Source of the DNA: Eledone cirrhosa
Lineage: Eukaryota
NCBI GenBank assembly: GCA_964016885.1
Contig: OZ024741.1
Location: 261,640,001-261,704,000, forward strand
Direction: 5' to 3'
Length of the DNA: 64,000 nt
The notes beneath the pieces are model-generated. The model worked only from the letters and a program-made list of their open reading frames with translations. It did not search any database and was not told where the DNA came from. Made by a program: the position numbers and the translations under genes. Positions 55,546 to 64,000 of this stretch are shown here, piece after piece. The number at the start of each line of letters is the position of its first letter. The stretch's first letter is position 1.

Positions 55546-58173
55546 TTAAACCAGCCATTTCATTTCGCTTCTCTCTAATCGGTTGTTTATTTGCGGTTGT
55601 AGTCGTTTGATAAGAAGCCCTTCCTTAATACGTAACGTGCCGACGTTTCTTTCAGTCGCTAGAATTGTGACAATGGGCCTTCCGTCTTTGTTTCCGCATT
55701 TGTCTATGTGTTTCCGGAAAGACGAGGCCCTGGTTTTAATGTGTTCCTTGATCCGGATGTGCAAAGGTCGGATTGTGCTACCTATGTAGTATTGGTTGCA
55801 CCTGTCACATTCTATCTTATACACGACGTATGTGCGTAGGCAACAGTTAGCATGGCGTATCGGGCAGTCTCTGAGGGAGCATGCGTCAGTAGACTTTTCG
55901 GTTTTCCTGGAGAGGAATCTTCGCAGGAAGGGGCCCGAGTGGGCCAGGTGGATGTCGAGGCCCTCTCTCCGTATAGCCTTGCGGATAGCGTTGGTGGTTT
56001 TATCGCCCAGGTGTGGTATTTTAAGGAAGCACTTGCCTTGGGTGCTTCTCTGTCTCTTGCGCCTGGTGTCTCCTATTCTGTCTGTGATCGAGGTAGGGTA
56101 CCCGTTCGTCTCCAGCACCTCGAGGAATCGCTTGGTATGAGTGACACTACTCGCGGAATCGCTGCATCTGTCTTTGATTCGCGCGATCTCGTTCGTGATG
56201 TATCCTCTTTTGGCACTGTTAGAGAGGGCGGACTTGTATTGAACGAATAAGTCCCTGCAGGCTGCCTTTCTGTAGAAGTTGCAGTGGATCCCTCCTTGTT
56301 CCGTGATGTTGATTCGGAAGTCGAGGAGGGCAAGTGACCCGTCTTCGTTGGGGTGTTCAACACTGAAGTCAATGTTCTCGTCCGTGTTGTTGAACGTCTC
56401 ATAGATTCTGTTCGCCGTGTCTTGGGAAGATGTGAGGATGAGGATATCGTCCACGTATCTTGAGAAAAAGGCTACGGCGTTGGGGTGGCAGGCGTTGAGA
56501 GCCTTTCGTTCGAGGTTGTCCATGTAGGAGATCGCTAGTACACCTGATAGACTTGATCCCATGGGCAATCCCGAGGTTTGTTGGTATATTTGGTCAAGGA
56601 ATCCGAAGTAGGTGTTGTCGACGACGATGGATAGGAGTTGGTGGATGTCGGTGGTGGTGAGCCCGAAGCAGTGTAGGTCGGGGGATTGGACGCGTTCCAT
56701 TAGTATATTGACGGCCGGGAGAGCCGGGACCGAGGTGTAGAGAGCGACTACATCAAGGCTGAAGGCATATCTGTTATTCCTTCTGGTGTCGGGATACATT
56801 TGATGCAGGCGCTTCAATACCTCCTCGGTGCTGTTAACGTGTCCCGGCAAGGTGTCTAAGATGGGTTTGAGTATTCTGGCTAGGAGCCATGAAATTTTGT
56901 AGAGTGGTCCTCCACGCTCGATACGATGGGCCTGATTTTCAGGTCGGGTCCCTGTTTGTGTGTTTTCACGAGGTGGTAGAAGGCGGGTAGTCTGCTGTTC
57001 CTCGTGAGGAGGTTGTATCTCAGCTTCTTCGGGAGCTTCCGCAGGTCGCAGATGTTGGTCCAGGCGGAGTTGATGTGTTCTTCTATCTGCGCGGGAGTGA
57101 TTCCCGTGACCCTGGAGTAGAAGTTGTCATCGTCAATGTGTTGGAGGGCCAGGGTGTTGTAGGCCTCTCTGCTGATGACGCAGAATTCTTTTCCTTTGTC
57201 GGAGGGGAGATAGATGAGGTTCTTCGATTTTAGGTTGGAGAGAGTGGTGAGTTGAGATTTGGTGAGGTTATGTGTTGTGCGTGTGTGTGTGTGTGTGTTT
57301 GTGAAGTATATCCGAGATGGAGTGTTTAAGCCTGATGAGTTTGGTGTCGAGTTCGTGGTTGGTGGGTGGGGGGTGGAGTGGGTTGTCGGGGTGGTAAGTG
57401 GGGAACTTGGAGTGGGTTGTGTCGGCGCTGTTATTATCTGTGGCGCTGTTGATAGCGGTCACCCATTTAAGTTGGTAAGCGGCTCGACAAAAGTTGGCCT
57501 CGATGTTGAGTTTGAGTCTGTCGTCGAGACGTTGTGTGACGATGAACTTAGGTCCGAGGTGTAGGAGTTTCAGCTCGTCGCTCGTGAGAGTGCCGGTTAG
57601 GTCGGTGACCAGGTGCGTCGCATCGTTGAGGTATGGCTCGGTGTTGGTGGTAGCGGCGGTGGCGGTTGTTACGTTGTTGTTTTCCACGTGGTTCTGGTCC
57701 GTCTGTTCGTTAGTGTCGATGTTCTCGTTGTGGCGTTTCAACAAGATCCACTCATATTTTCGCTTGCGTCGTTTTTTCTCGTATTGGACTCTGGAGTGGT
57801 AGCACTGGTCGATTGCTTTAGTGATATTTAGGAGCAAGTATCCGGGTGCTATTGGCAGTCGATGTGTCCGCTCTGAGAGTGTCCGCTTATGGACGTGTAA
57901 TTGGCGGTTGAGATGTCTCAGGATTTGTTTAATACACGTGCGATGTATGCGATTAGTGGTGTTTTGGAAGGCTGGTGTACGTAGGCTTACTGGTAAGCGG
58001 ATGTTCATGATGGTGTTGGGGATGACATCGTTTTTTAGGCAGCGTTTCAGGAAAATAATTTGGCAGCCAGCGTTGGCCCATTTCTCCGACAGTCTAAACA
58101 GTTCCCTTACGGATGCAAACAATTCCTGGCTCAGGTGTAAGGATAAGAGAGTATTGAAGTTTGCTTGAAGCAT
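55546..58173 (-). pseudogene. PLE RT + GIY-YIG ORF (~875 codons) with two frameshifts
   Basis: FLKRC..IP, LHLGPKF, SDKG, KTHK..RPIVS, SLDVVALYTSVP, GLPMGS, RYVDD, VVYKIEC..YIGST.R..R..EH. Confidence 0.92.
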
Positions 58174-58685
58174 TGTGGAACAATAAGTAAATATTTATAA
58201 GTCGTTTGGAAGCCTCGACAATGCAAATGGGTAAATCTCCGGGTAACAGGGTCCGGTGGAGGAGAGAGAGATATGTAAGTGAGTGTACGTTGAGATGCGT
58301 GGTGTGTATAAGATGTGTGAGATGTGTAGAATGAAGGGAAGAGTGAAAGGGTAAAAATAATAATAACAACACAGGAGAGAGAGTTACCTTGGGAGAGATT
58401 TAATAGTCCCTATATATTTCGGATTCACATCCATCAACTGGGGTTTTTTTCCGGGGTGGGGGAAAAGGTTGTCTGTCGGACAATTCGGAACGCGTCTTTC
58501 GCTGTTTGTTGATTTGAATATCTGAGGTATTCGGTCGAGCGCGCGTGCGCGTGAAATGGGGTCGGTCGTACAGAAGTCAACGGCCGAATGAGGGAGTGGG
58601 ATGGCGCTAGCTGTCTTTCAGTCCATTCTTTGCCTGCTTATTAAATGTTACTGTGAGTGTGTGTGCGTGTGTTGTTGTCTCGCTT

Positions 58686-58753
<68 letters not shown>

Positions 58754-59801
58754 GTAGTTGCCTTGTTCATCTGTATTGGCAGTGTAGTATGTTCGTATGG
58801 TGGAATGCTACTGTGTGTGTGTGTGCGTGTGTGTGTGTAGTTGTCTCGTTTGCTTGTGTGTGTGTGTGCGTGTGTTGTGTGTTGTTGCATCGCTTGTTAA
58901 CTTAAACCAGCCATTTCATTTCGCTTCTCTCTAATCGGTTTTTATTTGCGGTTGTAGTCGTTTGATAAGAAGCCCCTCCTTAATACGTAACGTGCCGACG
59001 TTTCTTTCAGTCGCTAGAATTGTGACAATGGGCCTTCCGTCTTTGTTTCCGCATTTGTCTATGTGTTTCCGGAAAGACGAGGCCCTGGTTTTAATGTGTT
59101 CCTTGATCCGGATGTGCAAAGGTCGAATTGTGCTACCTATGTAGTATTGGTTGCACCTGTCACATTCTATCTTATACACGACGTATGTGCGTAGGCAACA
59201 GTTAGCATGGCGTATCGGGCAGTCTCTGAGGGAGCATGCGTCAGTAGACTTTTCGGTTTTCCTGGAGAGGCATCTTCGCAGGGAGGGGCCCGAGTGGGCC
59301 AGGTGGATGTCGAGGCCCTCCCTCCGTATAGCCTTGCGGATAGCGTTGATGGTTTTATCGCCCAGGTGTGGTATTTTAAGGAAGCACTTGCCTTGGGTGC
59401 TTCTCTGTCTCTTGCGTCCGGTGTCTCCTATTCTGTCTGTGATCGAGGTAGGGTACCCGTTCGTCTCCAGCACCTCGAGGAATCGCTTGGTATGAGTGAC
59501 ACTACTCGCGAGATCGCTGCATCTGTCTTTGATTCGCGCGATCTCGTTCGTGATGTATCCTCTTTTGACACTGTTAGGGAGGGCGGACTTGTAGTGAACG
59601 AATAGGTCCCTGCAGGCTACCTTTCTGTAGAAGTTGCAGTGGATCCGTCCTTGTTCCGTGATGTTGATTCGGAACTCGAGGAGGGCAAGTGAGAATAATA
59701 AATGTCTACATTTTTGCCAACACTTTATCAATACATATGTAGATAAATGTAAGACTTATGTTATGTGTAGTTCTATATTAATGTTAATATTTTTCACTTA
59801 C

Positions 59802-59953
59802 CTACAATGGACAGCAATTTTTCTATTACACATCTCCATTTGATGATCGTTTAGAATATCACTTAGTCTGATAATATCGGTACAGGATGGATTATTTCCA
59901 TCCATCCATATGGTAGACAGGAAATGGTTGATTTCAAATATTTCGACCCTCGA
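59802..59953 (-). CDS. PTP gene exon, 152 bp (SRVEIFEINHFLSTIWMDG...KIAVHC)
   Basis: AG/GTAAGT boundaries, phase 0 to 2; WMD in the WPD-loop position; IAVHC. Confidence 0.87.
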
Positions 59954-60240
59954 CTGCAATAGTGAAAATATTAACTATGAAGAAAATCAGAAGGAAAATA
60001 TTTACGGTATATTTTTTCATGATTTGTTTAAACATGACAAGTCAGTGAAAATAAACACTTGACTGGTTTAGACATCGGGTGCTAGTAATTCGAACTTATG
60101 ATACTAGATTGATTTGTTCAGAGTAACAAACTAAAATAGCAATGAATATGTTAAAAGATATAACATTAATTAAGCTATAATTTCTGGGGTTTATTTTTAC
60201 ATAAGTAGAATTGTTGATAAAATATATGAAATAAACTTAC

Positions 60241-60372
60241 CTTCTTACTAAATGTGACCTTTAAAACACTATGTATGCAAACATCTTTGTCTTCTACACT
60301 GATAAGTTCTACGTGATAATGTCCATATTTAGCAGATCCATTTAGTTTCCTTGGTAAATATTTGGGTCGTTC
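60241..60372 (-). CDS. PTP gene exon, 132 bp (ERPKYLPRKLNGSAKYGHYHVELISVE...SKK)
   Basis: AG/GTAAGT boundaries, phase 0/0; Y-x-P...YG...V-E motif. Confidence 0.85.
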
Positions 60373-60454
60373 CTATGTAGAAAGATATATATATATATAT
60401 GATGGCTACAACTACCAATTCCACTTTGTGAACATCAAATGCATTTACACCTAC

Positions 60455-60745
60455 ATCATTGGATGCAAATGAAGTCGCAGGTTTTATATCAGAGTGGCCT
60501 TCTCCTAGAGAGATGTCTTAATGAAGACCAGGATCTCTTGCTAAAACAAAATACTTTATTGGATAGCCGTTGCCTCTCCTGAGTTCCTCCACCTCCTGAC
60601 AGGTTTTGGTTTTCATCCCGTAGGGTGTCACAAATCACCCTCCTCACCAAGCAAACTTGGTGCTGTTGCCTGTTCGTCGCCAACGACCCAACCATGCACA
60701 GGTTGTATTGAGTTACACGTTACCAATAGTGCTAAAGAATGTCCT
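60455..60745 (-). mobile_element. RTE 5'-UTR-like fragment related to 32050-32340
   Basis: Shared ATCACCCTCCTCACCAAGCAA, CTGAGTTCCTCC and GCAGGTTTT..CAGAG. Confidence 0.65.
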
Positions 60746-60761
60746 GACACACAAACACATA

Positions 60762-60838
<77 letters not shown>

Positions 60839-60884
60839 AAATAAAATAAATAAGTCAAATGTTTAAAATTTGGCTTCGTTTATT

Positions 60885-60939
60885 ACTGCTATATATATTT
60901 CGGTGACAGCCATCTTTGGCTGTGATCTCTTCAGGCAGT
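60885..60939 (-). ncRNA. Type I hammerhead ribozyme (mirror copy)
   Basis: Same motif on the - strand: actgc-CTGAAGA...GAAA-tatata-TA-gcagt-AATAAA. Confidence 0.85.
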
Positions 60940-61166
60940 CCGAATTAGTGCGGTAGAGACGAGTACACATGTTGAGGTGTATAACTTTGTCAATACTCTG
61001 ATATGCCTAGTTCCTGGCTGGGTTGTTATTTCACTGAGGAACTGGAATCATATGATTCCAGTTCCTCAGTGAAATAACAACCCAACCAGGAACTGGGCAT
61101 ATCAGAGTATTGACAAAGTTAAACACCTCAACAACATGTGTACTCGTCTCTACCACACTAATTCGG

Positions 61167-61221
61167 ACTGCCTGAAGAGGTCACAGCCAAAGATGGCTGT
61201 CATCGAAATATATATAGCAGT
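61167..61221 (+). ncRNA. Type I hammerhead ribozyme, canonical core
   Basis: ACUGC-CUGAAGA-stem II (ACAGCCA/UGGCUGU)-GAAA-UAUAUA-UA-GCAGU, then AAUAAA at 61222. Confidence 0.85.
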
Positions 61222-61367
61222 AATAAACGAAGCCAAATTTTAAACATTTGACTTATTTATTTTATTTTATTTTACATTACTCCGGAGTAACCAAACCAAC
61301 CTGCGCACTTCGTCGAGTGTTCCAATCTGCATACTGAGGTGTGGTATACAACCAACATATACTCAAA

Positions 61368-61405
<38 letters not shown>

Positions 61406-61457
61406 AAAAGAAATTAAAAATGCAACTGGAGTCTTATTAAGAATATTTATTTGTTTC

Positions 61458-61493
61458 CTTTACCAGTTTCACAATTCATATGCTTTTCAAAAG
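61458..61493 (-). ncRNA. Minimal hammerhead, U3-A8 variant
   Basis: cuu-UUGAAAA-GCA..UGU-GAAA-CUGG-UA-aag. Confidence 0.6.
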
Positions 61494-61565
61494 TAGAATT
61501 AAGATGGAGGGTTTCTGGTTTTTCTCAGGTGCGAGAAAAACCACAAACCCTCTATTTCAATTCTA

Positions 61566-61602
61566 CTTTTGAAAAACATATGAACTGTGAAACCGGTAAA
61601 AG
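61566..61602 (+). ncRNA. Minimal hammerhead, U3-A8 variant
   Basis: uu-UUGAAAA-ACA..UGU-GAAA-CCGG-UA-aa; AAUAAA at 61608. Confidence 0.6.
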
Positions 61603-61723
61603 AAACAAATAAATATTCTTAAAAAGACTCCAGTTGCATTTTCAATTTCTTTTCCTTAAACTTTCACTCGTTTTTTTTCATTAAAAAAAACCCTCATTTT
61701 CTTATATATATATAAACAAATAG

Positions 61724-61782
<59 letters not shown>

Positions 61783-61792
<10 letters not shown>

Positions 61793-62280
61793 AAATAGTA
61801 GATAGGAAAAAAATACAGTAGAAAATGGTGGAGGGATTTTTCAGTATAATATTAAAACATTTATTTATAAAATCGGGATTTCTGCCCTTAATAGTGTACC
61901 GGTTTCAGCTTTATATGCTTTTTCAATGACGGAAGTGTATAGTGCAGTTAAATTGCATATTTATATGAATAATAATAAAATGGAGAAAAAGTTTTAGTTT
62001 TTACATACATATTTAGAGAGGAAAGTTCATATTTTTGTCCGAAGTTTTCTTTCGTTCTCTGTTAGTGTTGACCAACAGAGGTGGTAGCAGTCATCACCTC
62101 ATATAAATATGCAATTTAACTGCACTATACACTTCCGTTGTCGAAAAAGCATTCAAGTCGAAATCGGTACACGATTAAGTGCAGAAATCCTGACTTTATA
62201 AATGTTTTGATATTATACTGAAAAAAACCCTCAGCAATTTCTACTGTATTTTTCTCCTTTTTACTATTTGTTTATATATA
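61783..62280. mobile_element. Inverted-repeat cassette C (~185-bp arms, 130-bp spacer)
   Basis: 61783-61968 is the reverse complement of 62099-62280, more diverged than A. Confidence 0.88.
61893..61931 (-). ncRNA. Minimal hammerhead, U3-A8 variant (mirror at 62136-62173 +)
   Basis: UUGAAAA-AGC..GCU-GAAA-CCGG-UA on -; + copy cguug-UCGAAAA-AGC..GUC-GAAA-UCGG-UA-cacg. Confidence 0.55.
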
Positions 62281-62435
62281 TCAACTCATGTGTCACTTTG
62301 CTACATTCCATATACATATATTAGAGCTTTGCATGGGTGCTTGGTACCTCGTGGATTCATACTCATGTATTTATCGGGGTTGTTCCATTATCCTGTTCAT
62401 CCATAGCTAACATTAAACAGGTATTCTTTGATGCA

Positions 62436-62631
62436 GGGCTAGAAGGACAGTAGTAATAGTGGCAGAATTTGTTGAGGCTGTAAAGGTTAGAAGGACAGTA
62501 GTAGTAATGGCAAAATTTTATGGGGCTGGTAAGGGCTAGAAGGACAGTAGTAGTAATGGCAGAATTTGTTGGGGGCTGGTAAGGGCTAGAAGGATCGTGG
62601 TAGTAATGGCAGGATATATTGGGGCTGGTAA
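62436..62631. repeat. ~49-bp tandem repeat x4
   Basis: GGGCTAGAAGGACAGTAGTAGTAATGGCAGAATTT..GGGGCTGGTAA units. Confidence 0.85.
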
Positions 62632-63136
62632 TGTGTGAGGACATGTTGCTGTGGTTTGATTGGTTGGAGAGCCTATGCTGGTGTGTGGGGGCGGGTGGGA
62701 TTTAAATTGTGAGATAGATCGCCTACATGGCTTGGGTAAACCAGCGAGGTTTATTTTGTAGAGAAAATGGAAATATGTAATTTGTGGTGACAAACGGACA
62801 AAAATAATATAATACAACAATGTATACATAACATTTTCAACTATATATATCCGGGTCTGGGTATAATTTTCAATCATATTTTATTATTTGTTTGACCCGA
62901 ATAGCTTGGTCGTTTCTATGGCTTTGCGGATAATGGTTTAACCATCGTCTCAGTGGCCTTTTAACGCACGTTGTTGCTCTAGTTCACTAGTCTCTATGGA
63001 GCGCTTGCCACACATCTCGGAAGTTGTTTTTCGCTAATTTCCAATAGCCGAAATGCGATTCTCGCTAATTTATATTTGTATATATATATATATGTGTATG
63101 CATGTATATGTATAAGTACATATATATATATACATA

Positions 63137-63475
63137 TCATCATCATCATCATTTTACGTCCGCTTTTCCCTGCTTGCAAGTGTGGGACGGGAACTGATTC
63201 TGGCTTGATTTCTACAGCTGGATGCCCTTCCTAACACCGACCTCATTTACAGTGAGTGCTGGGTGCGTTTTTGTCGTGGCAGCCCCACAACCACTTTGTA
63301 GTGGAATGATATGGACCCCAGTCCCTATCATCTCATTTCTACAGCTCAGTAAATTGGAGCAATGTGAAATAAAGTGTCTTGCTCAAGGAAACAACACATC
63401 ACTCGGTCTGAGAATTGAACTCACAACCTTTCGATTGCAAGGTCAATGCTCTAACCACTAAGCCATGTGCCTCCA
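63137..63475 (-). mobile_element. tRNA-derived SINE with LINE-like 3' tail and (ATG)n end
   Basis: A-box TGGCTTAGTGG, B-box-like GAGTTCAATTC, CCTTGAGCAAG core. Confidence 0.8.
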
Positions 63476-63512
63476 CACACACACACACACATATATGTAT
63501 GTATGCATATAA

Positions 63513-63718
<206 letters not shown>

Positions 63719-64000
63719 GATATTAATAAATGAAAACTATATTTATAAAACCATATTTCATTATACATATTTCAGGGATACTAAATTAAATTATGGTATG
63801 CCTTTATCAGACAAAATACGATATATAACAGTTTTACAAATAAACTTTGACGTACCCTTTTAAAATGCGACCATTATTTTTGGAGGCCATCTGGATAGTG
63901 AATTGTTTATATTATTTTAATAAGTCTTAGTGTTAAGGACAATTAGAAAAGGACGGAGAGAAAGAAAAAAAAGACGGAGAGAGAGAAAAAAGAAGAGAGA

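Larger units (their letters stand above)
54845..59691 (-). mobile_element. Penelope-like element 2, partial-tandem (pLTR) structure, near-intact ORF
   Basis: Direct repeats 54843-56337 and 58143-59692; TSD AGAATAATAAAT at 54833-54844 and 59692-59703. Confidence 0.93.
60833..61273. mobile_element. Palindromic cassette A (~220-bp arms, no loop; centre 61051/61052)
   Basis: Arms are near-perfect reverse complements, flanked by (TA)n. Confidence 0.92.
61404..61657. mobile_element. Palindromic cassette B (~125-bp arms, 6-nt loop)
   Basis: Inverted arms around AGGTGC at 61527-61532. Confidence 0.9.

Noticed and set aside
62880-62960. Hammerhead-like CTGAGAC...GAAAC on the - strand
   Set aside because: The core and stems I/III are too degenerate to support.

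Overview
Repeat-dominated eukaryotic (animal) genomic DNA. The tRNA-derived SINE families, RTE LINEs and abundant (TA)n/(CA)n tracts point to a coleoid cephalopod such as Octopus; this is an inference. Bases 1-28605 are a CpG-rich 16-bp satellite (GAGTGTTTCGACTTAC). It sits as internal cargo in a non-autonomous Helitron-like unit (5'-TC...hairpin-CTAG-3') arranged head-to-tail in about 4 copies, with nested higher-order duplications. All + strand 'ORFs' there are artefacts. Bases 28.6-51.8 kb are a nest of decayed TEs: RTE LINEs, two Penelope-like (PLE) insertions with inverted arms, a CsRn1-type Ty3/Gypsy element with an unusually long tRNA-Trp match, an internally deleted RepHel Helitron, a hAT remnant, SINEs and a 26-bp minisatellite. 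From 52.4 kb onward, the last four coding exons of a protein-tyrosine-phosphatase (D2-like) gene lie on the - strand. One intron holds a near-intact 4.85-kb PLE with a 12-bp TSD. The next intron upstream holds three consecutive palindromic non-coding cassettes in (TA)n, each with two outward-facing type I hammerhead-ribozyme motifs (one cassette with the canonical CUGAAGA core, two with a U3-A8 core variant). All calls were made by eye, with no database search or folding computation.
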